DNA of 64,000 nt from Waterburya sp. (GCA_965217895.1 CBDCJV010000002.1:4480001-4544000), one strand, 5' to 3'; shown: positions 28,025 to 39,812, counted from the first letter of the stretch. The notes: generated by a model from the letters alone, not told the origin. Translations and numbers: made by a program.

Positions 28025-28265
28025 TTTACGACACCTAATTTATTAAACTTTACAAGATCAGAAAAGCTTGCTCAGAAAAATATCCGACATATAAATATTG
28101 AAATAGTTGTGTTTACGACAAATAAATTGTGAAAACAACTAGAGAAAAGAAGAAACGGAAAAATAGTCTAAATAACAATACAATGCTTAAGCAGAAAGCT
28201 TTTGAGGATGTTTACCATAACGACATCATTTTTTTAAGTTGCGACATTTAATTATTGAATGTACA
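28025..28265 (-). mobile_element. CAST left end: terminal TGTACA plus about five TnsB-binding repeats
   Basis: Minus strand reads TGTACATTCAATAATTAAATGTCGCAACTTAAAAAAATGATGTCG...; CGACA+AT-rich repeats at ~28029, 28085, 28116, 28221, 28242. Confidence 0.9.
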
Positions 28266-28372
28266 ATAAGCGAATACAGCTTCCTCCAAAGGTTGCAAGT
28301 GGCATACTCAAAGCTCCAGCCGTTTTAAGTATTTCAATTGTTTGGGTATTTTTCAGTAAGTTAGAGCAAAAA

Positions 28373-28392
28373 TTGGGTGTAAATTGGGTGTA
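28373..28392. repeat. Tandem TTGGGTGTAA repeats, candidate integrase arm-binding sites
   Basis: Two direct copies upstream of the integrase; partial copy TTGGGTAT at ~28342. Confidence 0.5.
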
Positions 28393-28434
28393 ATTTTTAT
28401 TAGAGTTGAGATGTAATTACACTTAACTCCTGCA

Positions 28435-29592
28435 ATGCAATCCAAATCCTCTTCACGCAAATCCACTAAAGGTTCGGTAGTAGTTTTTAACTCTCACGAC
28501 CGCCTACAGTTACGTTTTCGTTTTGGTTGTAAGCGTCACTATATCTCTTTAGGTCTAGCCGATACTCTTATCAATCGAAGATTTGCCGAATTAAAAGCAG
28601 CAGAAATCGAACAAGATATTTTGAAAGAAAAATTTGATACCACTTTAGAAAAGTATAAATCGGCTTCTGAAAGAGAAAAAAATAATCTTTCTTCTGAAGA
28701 AACAAACCAGTCATTGCCGAATTTAGACGAACTATGGAAAAAATATAGTGAGTTTAAAAAACCCCAAGTCAGCCCCAGTACTTTTGCCAAAGATTTTAAA
28801 AGACATGGCAATCATATCTCCAATTTACCTACTCGCTCTTTAGATCAAGCATCGGTCATTCGCGATTGGCTATTAAAACACAAATCTGTTGATACGGCAA
28901 AGCGTTGTCTAACTCAAATAAAGGCTTGCTGTAAATGGTCAGTCAAAGAGAAGCTTCTAGAAGCCAATCCTTTTGATCAGATGACAATTACTTTACCCAA
29001 AGGAACGGATGAATATGCCGATATAAAACCCTTTTCTAGAGAAGAAAGAGATTTGATTATTCAAACTTTTGCTGGCGATCGCTATTATTCTTTCTATACT
29101 CCTTACGTTCAATTTTTGTTCTTGACTGGATGTAGACCCTCAGAAGCAATTGCTTTGCAATGGAAACACATAAATTTAAAAGCAGTCCAGTTTCGACAAT
29201 CTGTAGTTATTTCTGAAGAGGGGTTGGTATGTAAACAAGGATTAAAAACTCAGAAAAAAAGAGACTTTTCCATTAATTCTCAACTACAAGCAATTCTGGC
29301 ACAAATCAAACCAAATTCAGTACAACTAGACTCATTTATCTTTTCCAGTCCCAAGGGAAAATATTTAGACCATAGTAATTTTTCTAGCCGTGCATGGAAA
29401 TCAATCTTAGCGAAAGCCAATATTCCCTATCGAAAAAGTTATCAAACAAGACACACATTTATTACTATGTGCCTTGAAGCCCACTACAATAGTACGGTAA
29501 TCGGAAGGTGGACAGGAACTTCAGCCAAGATGATAGATAAGCATTATGGAGCTACTAACTTCGCTAATCTTGAACCACCAAATCTTTTATAA
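28435..29592 (+). CDS. Tyrosine recombinase/integrase with N-terminal arm-binding domain
   Basis: RLQLRFRFGCKRHYISLGL; FLTGCRPSEA; YQTRHTF; MIDKHY. Confidence 0.93.
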   Translation: MQSKSSSRKSTKGSVVVFNSHDRLQLRFRFGCKRHYISLGLADTLINRRFAELKAAEIEQDILKEKFDTTLEKYKSASEREKNNLSSEETNQSLPNLDELWKKYSEFKKPQVSPSTFAKDFKRHGNHISNLPTRSLDQASVIRDWLLKHKSVDTAKRCLTQIKACCKWSVKEKLLEANPFDQMTITLPKGTDEYADIKPFSREERDLIIQTFAGDRYYSFYTPYVQFLFLTGCRPSEAIALQWKHINLKAVQFRQSVVISEEGLVCKQGLKTQKKRDFSINSQLQAILAQIKPNSVQLDSFIFSSPKGKYLDHSNFSSRAWKSILAKANIPYRKSYQTRHTFITMCLEAHYNSTVIGRWTGTSAKMIDKHYGATNFANLEPPNLL

Positions 29593-29603
29593 ACTTAATT
29601 TTC

Positions 29604-32600
29604 TTAGACACTATTTTCCCAAGAGCAAGATATAGTTGTTATTTGGCTTAACTGCTCTAAATCTCTAGCTGGTAAAGCTAAAATCAATTTTTTCAAAATA
29701 TCTATTTGAGTCGAAGCTGGTGCAGATTCCCACAGTCCAATCCAATCCCATAAATCTAACACTCCGCTAAAGTTAAAGATCTCTGATGCCAAATCCTCTG
29801 TATTCGCTAGAGGTAAGTGTTCGGTAGCTATCCGCACCACCTCCGCATCAGGGGAGATTGAATTATTACTTTTGCTACTAAAAGATTTTATTAGGGTTTG
29901 TAATAATTCTCTAAACCTAGATATATATCCTTGAGAATAGCCTGTAAGCTTGGCTATGGCTTGCTGAGTAATCTTTTTACTCTCAGAATGCAGTTGAGCT
30001 ACTGCTCCTTTTAAAGCCATTTCCAACTTCTCGATTTTAGTCGCAGCATCAGGGGTAATATCGACTGCTTTGACTAACTCTACAGTCACATCTAAGGGAT
30101 AATCTCCCAAAATGTAAACTGTTAAATCCTCTCCCACTCGGCGATTGGCTCTTAATCTACCCCAACCTTGATGGAGATTAGCCAGTATCCGACGGCGCAC
30201 AAATCGATTAAATTGCTCGTCACTGCTAACTTTCATCTCAAAGTAAGGATTAATATCTGGAGGTAAGGAATTAGTTAACTTAAGAGGATATTTAACCTCT
30301 TGTGTACCAACTTCAGGCTGTCGTCTGTATAGACAGGTAAAAACAGCAGCTAAACTAGCTAGATTAGGACAGGGAATACCATCGAGAATTAAAGTGTTGA
30401 GGTTTTCAGCATCATTGACTCCGCGAGACTCAATAAACCAGCGAAAATCTTGCTCGGTAGCGTATCTCTTAAATCGAATTACTCCTGCATCGGGACTATC
30501 TTTAAGTAACTGCTTGATTACTACTTCTACCTGCTGCTGTTGGTAATCACCTCGATGCTGTCCCAAACGTCCCATTCCCGCTATTTGAACATACCTGATT
30601 TTAGCTCCAGAACTAGGTTTGACGGCTATATAGTCAATCTCGCTAATCTCAACACCCAACAACAAAGCAAGCTCTTCTATCGATCCCGTAGCGTCAAGAA
30701 AAATATTTTTTTTAACCGCATTGGCAATGTTTACCAGATGTTGATTGGGGGTAGTAATAGTTAGAGTACTTTTAGATAAAGTAATATATCCTACTTCTCC
30801 TTGTAAAATATCTAAAAAGGGCATTAGCCATTGCTTGAGAACATTATCGGTTATGTGTTGAGCAGTTTGAGCGTCAGAGTCATTAAACTTTTTCCTGACA
30901 GATGAGGGTAAATTATTAATATCTTCTCCATATTCAGCAGTGGGGTTAAGAACGCTTAAATCTGGCTCAATAGCATTGAGGATTGCTGTTTTATCTAGAT
31001 GTTCGGGTAAAGTAGGAAATTCCTGCATCAAAGCCTGATGATTCCAACCAAAGCGAGTAGGGGGTTTTGCTTTAAATAACCTGCCCAAAGTAGTAAGTAT
31101 TGGCTGTAGCTGATTCAAGACTTGGGGAGCTTCTAGCAGCAAATTAGCTGCCAATTTGAGTAGATCGTGTTGAGTTACCTTAATTTGCCGAGTATTGGTC
31201 AGAATAGATGTCCATTCATCCCAAATCAGGAGACTATCGCCATATTCTTTAAAATTATCTGGATGGGGCAAACTAAAGGGATGTGTCCGTATCAAAGCTT
31301 TTTGCAGTACTTCTTGTCGAGAGGATAAATAGCCAAATACATAACCACCTTTACAAGCTTCATACCAATTACAACCCCGACAAATCAATTCTGCGCTATC
31401 AGCACCATTTACTGAGGCATTTTTAAGAGCCGTTATAGTTTCAGTCCGACCACAATTAGCCATAATAGTCTTGCCATCATCGACTTTGGCTACTCTCAAT
31501 TTACCTCGGACATCTTTAGTTAATCCTCCATGCCTGCCATCGAGATAATCCCAATTGGCTAAAGTACTTGTACTGGGATTTCTAGGATCGCTAGTAATAT
31601 GACGTGAGTTCGGGTTAAGCAGAAGCAGATAAAACGAAGTCATCAATGGCAATAGACGGTTTTTTAGAGCGATGGCGAGCTTGCAACTAAGCCAGCCAGC
31701 AAATTAACGACAAAGTTAGTAGGTGAACGATGACGAGAGTGTTCGATCTGGCTGATATGCTTTAACTGTTCAATCACAGATTCAACGATTGCTCTTTTTC
31801 GTAATAGTTGTTTGTCCAGCATCGTCATCAATCGATTGTTCATATTCTTCTTGAATTTAGTCACTAGTATGACGTTAGAAGCTCTCAGGTCGCGCGCTAA
31901 AGGTGCAGAAATGTAACCTTTGTCGCCAAAAAACTGACCAAACTGCCCTTGAAGTAATTCTTTAACAGGTTTACGGTCGTCAATATTTCCTTTTGTTAAA
32001 GCTACATTTAATAATTCTCCTTTGTGATTGATTGCCAAATGAAGTTTGAAACCATAAAACCAATCTACGGATGTTTTTCCTCTTTCAGCGATTGCTTGAA
32101 AAACTCGATGCTGTTTAATACGTCGATTGTGACAGACTTTTAGACTCGTTGAATCAATAAATCCGATTCCCGTACTTGCTCCTAAACGGGAGCGAAGATA
32201 TGCCATTAAAGGAATTAGAGTGCTTGGTTGCCATTCGACAAAACGGTTATAACTGACTAAGTTTGGGAAAGCCTCGCGCCAATAGAAGCTAACAATTTCT
32301 AGGTAAAATGTCTTGAAAGTTTTGTAGGCAGACAAATGAAATGCTATTTCTATAGTCAACGCGGTGGTTGGACAAGCTGCTTACGAAGCAGCGTCCCCCA
32401 CCGCCATAATTTCACTCAAACTTAATCGGCGATTACGAAGACGACGTTTTCCCTGTGTCAATAGCTGCTGCTTCCAGCCAAGCTCAAAATTAGAGCAAAA
32501 ATCGTCAACAGAACAAAATAATTCTTCTAAACTGAACATAGGGCAGGTTTACTGAATTTGTCGTTATTTTCAGCTTACTACCTGTCCCTTCTCTTATCCC

Positions 32601-34154
32601 GAACTCACGTTAATATGGAAAGCGCGGTTGCAATCAAACTGAGCTAAATTTATTCTTCCCGCGTCAAAGGATTTTCCAGTACCAGTATCACTGGCATCAA
32701 ACGTGCATTTACCAGTATCTTGCCAAGTATCTAAGCGGTAAGATGGTTTTGTAGTAATTAGGACTAATTAAAGCTTGTTGATAACCCTTAACTTGCTCTT
32801 GAGAGAAACCCCAAGCAGATAATCTTTTCTTAGTTTGTTGCTTGTATCTTTTGAGGTCGCCTTCGATCTTCTCGAATAACGATCTAGAGCCAAACTTTAG
32901 ATCCCACTCCTCTTTACTTATGGTCTTGTTATGAGATTTTTGTTTCTCTTTCCACCGTTTAACAGCAGCCTGTTTATATTCGGCATCGTGTTCCCAACGA
33001 TACCAGTGAATAAATTTGGTTAACCCCTCACTTTTCCTAGCAGAATTAGGATTATTTAAAAGTGCCGAACGCCAAATAGCATCCCATTCAAATTGATTCC
33101 AACCATTACCACTACTACAGTTGAGACAATAGCTAATAAATAATTGATAGGAGTCACCATCACAACGATAGCCATTATTATTCAGCCATGACTGACAACC
33201 AATTAAGTCACAAGCAAGAGCGTATCCTGTAATATTGCGCTCGCTGTTTACTCCAGATAAAGCCTCTTGATTGGCTTGAGAAAGACATTGGGTTAAAGGG
33301 ATTTCTCCTTGATAAATGCTAGATACAACGGGAAACTCGATCGCCTGAGATCGAGGATACAGTTTGGCTTCAGTCAGAGTTAATACTTCATTTCCCAATC
33401 GCTTCCACAACCGCCAGCGATCGTCGGATATATGCTCTGGAAAGCTAATATTATTAGCTGTAAAATAAGCCTTAAATCCTATTATCAGATCATCATAGCT
33501 AAAAGTGCGATCGCTCCAATAACAGAGAGTTTGCTCTCGATCTTTCTCACGACGGTAAAATCCAGCCATCCGCATTGGTTGGTGAGGATTGGTAACTGCG
33601 GGGTCGGAATTCAAGGCAATACAAAGTAACCTTCTTAGATAAATAGTCTGTTCTATCGGAAGGTGTTTAGTGGCTTTCCAGTGCGGGTGATAGGATTTAG
33701 AACCACTGTGAATGATATATGCTGGCTTTAGTCCCGATAGCTCGATAAACTCCTCTATTTTATCCCATTGCTCTATCTGAGTACCATCATCCAATTCGGC
33801 TGCAATGTCATCGCTAAATTTAATGTAATCCTTAAGAGGATATCCTATAGGTTGGGTAGGAATAAAAAAGACACCACCATCATTATTTCTGCACCAGTTA
33901 GAAACAAACTCCCAGCAGTCAGGATGATAGTGAGTTTTAACTCTATTTGTCTTTTTTCCTAAAGTTTGCCAGACACCAAATCGTCCAGAGGAATCGTAAT
34001 CTCCTACCAAAAACAAATTGTGTCCCAGCTTCAACCACAATTCTCGATTGTTTGTTTTGGCTTGAGTTAGCTGTAGCACTTTTTGAAATGCCACTAACCC
34101 AGTCAGATTCTGCGATCGCTTTAATCTAAAGGAACGATCTTTATTATTCAACAT
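29604..34154 (-). pseudogene. Large replication primase/helicase-like gene broken by a frameshift (~32748) and by IS982
   Basis: N part has AELDDG and IHSGSKSYHPHW (RepB-like primase). The alternative frame gives DASDTGTGKS (Walker A) and reads ...NRAFHI|TSDPRNP across the IS into the 29604-31600 part. Confidence 0.8.
31602..32610 (-). mobile_element. IS982-family element, transposase inactivated
   Basis: IRs ACGTGAGTTCGGG/CCCGAACTCACGT; 7-bp TSD TAATATG; MFSLEELFCSVDDFC from 32539, IDSTSL, WFYGFKLHL, GDKGYIS; a 48-nt hairpin insert adds a stop. Confidence 0.95.
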
Positions 34155-34680
34155 GATTTACCTCGCTTGATTCGGTACGGGGCAAACTTCAACAAATTAT
34201 TAGCACAAAATCGGCAACACTAATGGCTGTAGAGCCTGGGCATAGGGTAAACTGAAATTATCTTTAAATTGAGGTGTCACTGATTTCGACAGTTTTTTCA
34301 ACTAATTTTCTATCTCTTTTTGCAGAAGAAGTAGAAAGTTGACATAGTTTAAAAAACACACAATATTGTTGAAGTTATACCCTTTTCTTCTTTAACTACT
34401 GAAATATTCCGTTTGAGTTTTAAAGCTATTAAGCTATTAACTTTAAAGCTCTACCAATACTAGAACGGTACATTTTAGATTTATCTACAGAGAAATCCTT
34501 GGCAATCTGAACGAGTGTTAGAGAAATCTTTTTGTTGTCTGGATCTAGAGAGCTTACATAGTAGAGAAAAATTAGCTCACAATGAGTTAATTGTTTAACA
34601 GTTTCAACCCATTCTTCACTTTGAAGAGGATAAAACTTTCCTTGAATTCTATGTGATTTTGGTCAGCTATTTGAACCTTC

Positions 34681-36153
34681 AGTTAATCAGTCAACAGTAG
34701 CTCGTTGGGAGAAGGGGGAGCAAACTCCAGACAGAATACATTTTCCTAAAATTGCTTCATTGATTAATATGTCTTTTGAAGAGTTGATGGAATTTATTAA
34801 AAAACCAACATTTAGCTTTAACGAACTGGATATAGAAAATAAAACTCTTACTTATAACAAACGGCATTTCTCAATACTGAAAAAAGGAGCAAGAGCTTGG
34901 AATAGCTGGAGAAAGAGAAATCCTCATATTATTCCACAGTTATCAAGTATTTACTTAGAATCTGAAAAATATGGTGATTTAAGCGGATATGATTTAGGTC
35001 ATGCTAATTTAGCGGGTTTTCAGGGATTTTTTATATCTATGAGGCATACAAGCCTAGTTGAAGCAAACTTAGAAAGAGCTAATCTTGAGGGAGGTTCTTT
35101 TGATGGAGCAGATTTTTCAAGCGCAAATTTGAAAAATATTAAGATTAAGGATACTAGTTTTTCAAGAGCTATTTTAAGAGAAGCTAATTTAAATGAAGCT
35201 AGTATCTCGGATTCAGATTTCACAGAAGTAACTTTGGAAGAGGCTTATATGGAGAAAATACATCTTTATAATGTTAATCTTTCAGGAGCAAATTTAAAGC
35301 AAGCCAATCTTAGCTGCGCCAATCTGTTTGATGTACAGCTAGTAGAAGCTAATTTAAATCGAGCTTCTCTTGAGAAAGCTGTCATGAATAAATGTTCTAT
35401 TTTTGGAACTACATTTATAAAAACTAATTTTAGTGAAGTAAAAGCTAACGATGTATATATTTCCTCACAAGGAATGAAAGGAGTTCCTATAAGTGATTTA
35501 ACTTTAGCACAATATGCTTGTCTTAAACAATGCGATTCTCCTTTAACTAAAAAGTTTATTAATATTTGTAATTTGGAAGGTGAAATTATTAGCTATTCCA
35601 AGATTCTTATCGATAAATATGGAGGCTATAGATTAGATGCAAGGGAAATTTCAGCTTGTTTAATAATTCCAATGAAGTTAATGAAGTTAACGAGCTTCCT
35701 CTTGTTCAGATGTATAAAGATAATAGTTGTTTTTATATTGAATTTTATCCAAATTACAATAATAAGGATTGTAAATCATTAAATAGATACAAAGCTAGAA
35801 AAATCTTAGAAATTAAAAACAACTTAATACAAAGTGATTTGAGAATTGAAGATTTAAATGTTATAAAAAATACGTTAGAAAAACAAACTAAAGAATTTAA
35901 TCGTTTGATAATAATTGCTATAAAAATTCTGGAATCAACCAAACAAAAAAAGTTTGTTGGTCAGGAATATATAATTGAAGAAATAAATGAGGAAATTATT
36001 ATTTGCGAAATAGTTAAAGATATTGAGAATGATGAAGAAGAAGAAATACTTAGAGGTAAGCTAGCTAATAATCAATTTGAAATTCTTAGATCTTGCCTAG
36101 TTGATAGGAATATTGTCGATCTTCAAGATATACTAATAAATCTTGTGACCTAG
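34681..36153 (+). pseudogene. XRE-HTH + pentapeptide-repeat protein, 5' disrupted and probably frameshifted near 35650
   Basis: VNQSTVARWEKGEQTP HTH in frame upstream of ORF 34760; WNSWRKRNP followed by A(N/D)Lxx repeats; overlapping ORF 35656-36153 likely continues it. Confidence 0.65.
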
Positions 36154-36237
36154 ATTGAAATAAAAATAATTACACCATTTATCAAAAGTGGCTAGATAAA
36201 TTGAAAATTTGAAATAATGATATATCAAAAATTCAGA

Positions 36238-36703
36238 TGATGGCAATTACCCATTGCGCGATCGCAGAGGCTACGGAATATCCTTAGTTTTAGGAACTGG
36301 TCAACCTTTACCATTAGGTTTGGCTATTCTTGGCTCACAAATTCCTGATATCGACACCACCACCAGTACCATTGGCAAAATCCTCTATCCAATTAGTAAT
36401 TGGATAGAGGATCGTTTTCCCCATCGCTTCATTACTCATTCTCTACTGGCACAGATATTGCCCAAATCAAATCCTAGACGGAGATTAAAAACTGGTCGGA
36501 CTGGTGAGTTGTGGGTATTAGGAATTGCGATCGCTCTACTGATTCTAGGAATTACCATTGCCGACAGTGGGGGCATCACTGCCAAAGTCAGTCAGAATCT
36601 AGGTTTGAGAGATGGCATTGTTAGAACATATAACGAGAACGCTAGTACTAATAAAATATACGCGAGGATCGCAGGTTACTGGACGAGCGATGCCTTCGGC
36701 TAG
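36238..36703 (+). pseudogene. YdjM-like membrane metal-dependent hydrolase remnant
   Basis: MMAITHCAIA start followed by a frameshift; GSQIPDIDT...PHRFITHSL motifs; truncated at 36690. Confidence 0.75.
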
Positions 36704-36715
36704 CTTCGCAATCGC
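36687..36715. repeat. 21-nt SDR5-like insertion within a HIP1 site (GCG^ATCGC)
   Basis: GCG+ATGCCTTCGGCTAGCTTCGCA+ATCGC. Confidence 0.7.
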
Positions 36716-37281
36716 CTACATGAACCCCAACAACCTCTTTGGTTTTTACGTCCAAAGCTAGCCAAATCCACTGTTTATTAGCTTTGTTGGTCACGAAAGA
36801 CCACATCTCATCACATTGAATTATTAGTTTTCCTGCCTTGGTGCGCGTTCCCTAGCTGCGGAAACCGCAGCGGGGTCGCACCGCTTTTTTAGTTCTTATC
36901 TCAACTTGTTGAGGAATTGACTCAAATTTGGCATTAACATAGGTCTGTAACCATGGTTCTGAAACCTCTGTAACTCTGGCGATTCCAGCCAAGGGAATTT
37001 TTTCCAAAAGTAATTTGTCAATTAAGTTTTTGATTTCTTGACTAATGATTTTATTTTGCGGATCTTCTACGAATTGCCTTCTACAGTCACGGCACTTGTA
37101 ATTTTGCGAGACACTCCGTTGGGCGGTTTTACCGACTTGAAGGAAGTGTCGAGGGTGTTTGCCATTATGTATTTTTCCGTTTTTGACAATTTTTTCCGAC
37201 TCACATGATGGGCAATCTAACGACATAAAAATAAAAAGTGCTACGATTTTTATTCTATATCCTTATTTCTTTAGGACTACC
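36711..37281 (-). mobile_element. Truncated IS1-family element (insA plus 5' of insB)
   Basis: End GGTAGTCCTAAAG at 37281; CPSC...KNG...YKCRDCRRQF; insB fragment QCDEMWSFV..KQWIWLALD...VGD. Confidence 0.9.
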
Positions 37282-37414
37282 CAATGGTTTATGTTCGCGG
37301 GACGAGTGAAGACTTACAAAGGGATGTGGAACAGATTGCTTGGCAGTGAAATCTGAAAGCTATGAATGGTGAGGGTTAGAGAGAGATGTGGCACGTTTCA
37401 ATATGTATGTCGGC

Positions 37415-39761
37415 GTGTGATTCGTTTCTGCCCAAGTCAAACCAAATGAGGTTTGAAATAAAGCAGAGTCAAGGTATTAACCTTGATAACTCAATTTTTG
37501 TGTGGTGAGTCCAGTTTGGACAATTCCAACTCTTCTGATGCTGGAGTAACAAACAGCATATCCCTCATGGGGGAGACTGACTCTCAATCCTATGAAGCAG
37601 GGATAAAAGGCGGTAACTCTAAATTTGTCTAGAGAACCCCGTCAAGCAAAGTCGAATATGGCTAACTTAGCGTGAACTCATGGTTGAACCATCATTAACG
37701 TGAACAAGCTCAAACAGGTTAATGGGCTTGCCCAAAAAGGGAAAGGATATAAGAGGCAAGCGGTTGCCGAGCCGACTTGATAAGCATCCTCAACAAACAG
37801 GCGTGGAAAGTGAGAGCCTAAGTTCGACGGAAAACAGAAATTGGGAACGAAGTAACCCTCATAAGCACTCTCTGAGTCATCAGATATCAGAGTAGGCAGT
37901 CAGCTAGGTGTCTTATGAGGGAAGGATTGTCTCATAAGCTAATGGTTAGAGGAAAGCTCAAACATATGCAGACGGAGACACAGCAATCTGGAAGATAAAG
38001 TTGTCAGTAGCAATGAACAAGTCATGAGCAAGTTAAAGACTACGTATGAATGGAGAGACATCCCCTGGCAGAAGCTAGAGAGGAAGGTTTTCAAGTTGCA
38101 AAAGCAAATTTATCGAGCCTCAAGTTTAGGCAAACGAAGCAAAGTTCGACGACTTCAACGACTCCTAATTAAATCCTGGGTAGCCAGGACGTTAGCAACA
38201 CGAAGGGTTAGCCAAGACAACCAGGGCAAGAAAACAGCAGGCGTAGACGGAAAGAAATCTCTCTCCACCAAACAACGGCTGATTCTCGTCCAAAATCTCA
38301 AGCTAAATACGGAGAAAGCATCCCCTACTCGTCGTGTTTGGATTCCCAAACCTGGTTCAACGGAGGAGAAAAGACCTCTTAATATCCCCACCATTTTCGA
38401 CAGAGCCAAACAGACTCTATTCAAAATGGCACTAGAACCTCAATGGGAAGCGAAATTTGAAGCTAATAGCTTTGGCTTTCGCCCTGGAAGTTCCTGCCAT
38501 GACGCGATTGTAGCAATCTTTCAAAATATCTGTCATAAACCCAAGTGGATTTTAGAAACAGATATCTCGAAGTGCTTCGATAAAATCGCTCATCAACCGT
38601 TACTGAAGAAACTCAAAACCAGTCCTTTTATCGCTCGGCAAATCCGAGCTTGGTTAAAAGCTGGCGTGATGGATGGAGCGAATTACCACAAAATAGCTTC
38701 TGGCGTACCACAAGGGGGTAGTCTATCTCCTTTACTCGCTAATGTTGCTTTACACGGTATGGAAAATCGGATTAGCAAACGCTTTTGAGGCGCAAAACTA
38801 ATTCGCTATGCTGATGACCTTGTGGTGATTCATGAAAAACTGGAAGTTATCCAGCAAATTCAACCCTACCTTCAGAAATGGTTGCAGAAGATGGATTTGG
38901 AATTGAAACCTAGCAAAACCCGCATCCGTCATACTCTCAAACGGGTTGAAGGACAAGTGGGCTTTGATTTTCTCGGCTTCAACATTCGCTCTTATGAAAT
39001 GAGTAAATATAAGTCAGGAAAATCAATGAAGGGATTTAAAACCATTATTCAACCGAGTGCTACAGCAATTCAACGACAGTCTCGTAAATTGCGGGAGGTA
39101 ATACAAAGGCATAAAGCTGCACCACAAGCTGCTTTAATCGACCATCTCAACCCCATTATTCGGGGGTGGTTAGCCTATTATTCATCCCAGTGCAGCCAGG
39201 AAGTTTATAATCATTTGGACTTTCTACTATACCAAAAACTACGCGCTTGGGCATACCGTCGTCATTCAAACAAAAGCGGTAGATGGATAGCCAGCCGATA
39301 CTGGCTGGTTAACAGTGGTGGAGGGTGGGTCTTTGCAGCTAAGTCAGGTGAACAACTGCTGAAATTAGCCACACACTCACAAACTCCCATCGTGCGACAT
39401 ATAAAAGTTAGGGGAAATCGCAGTCCGTTTGATGGCGACTGGAGTTATTGGGCTAGAAGAACAGGTAGTCATCCTGAGTTACCAACTCATATTGCCCAAT
39501 TGTTGAAGCGACAAAGGGGTCAATGCTCCTATTGTGGACTTCATTTTGAGTCGAGTAATCTTTTGGAAGTTCACCATTTGGACGGTGATCGCCATAACCA
39601 TATATGGAATAACTTAACTTTGCTTCACCAACATTGCCACGACCAAGTTCATGGAGGTGTGCATGACAAGCACCCGATTGTTGAGAAGCTGGATGAGGCG
39701 AAAGTTTCACGTCCAGTTTTGCAGACGAGTCGGAGAGGTGACTCTTCGGCTTAGTTCAAAT
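37415..39761 (+). mobile_element. Group II intron (IIB-like); 3' boundary approximate
   Basis: 5' GTGTGATTCGTT; candidate EBS1 GCCGAC (37771) complementary to exon IBS1 GTCGGC (37409-37414); domain V GAAGCTGGATGAGGCGAAAGTTTCACGTCCAGTTT at ~39685; domain VI ending TAGTTCAAAT. Confidence 0.9.
38024..39754 (+). pseudogene. ltrA: Intron-encoded RT/maturase/HNH protein with one in-frame TGA (38786-38788)
   Basis: The two ORF-track pieces are in one frame: ...GVPQGGSLSPLLAN...KRF*GAKLIRYADDL...; C-terminal HNH (EVHHLDG...HQHCHD). Confidence 0.92.
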
Positions 39762-39774
39762 GTACGCCATTTAC

Positions 39775-39812
39775 GGTTCTAGCTATTTTGTATATATTAT
39801 ATGGCTAGAACC
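39775..39812 (-). terminator. Hairpin downstream of the minus-strand small-gene cluster
   Basis: GGTTCTAGC...GCTAGAACC inverted repeat. Confidence 0.45.

Larger units (their letters stand above)
1..28265 (-). mobile_element. Type V-K CAST; right end, tracrRNA and V-K array lie outside the window
   Basis: Canonical order LE-tnsB-tnsC-tniQ-cargo-cas12k, all core genes on one strand. Confidence 0.88.

Noticed and set aside
28266..28345. tRNA homing target or GTN PAM next to the CAST left end
   Set aside because: No tRNA-like sequence and no correctly spaced PAM seen
29604..31652. 682-aa ORF as an independent gene
   Set aside because: Its first residues come from the IS982 end; it is the 3' half of the interrupted primase/helicase
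38024..39754. RT as a retron, DGR or CRISPR-associated RT
   Set aside because: It has maturase and HNH domains and lies within group II intron RNA domains
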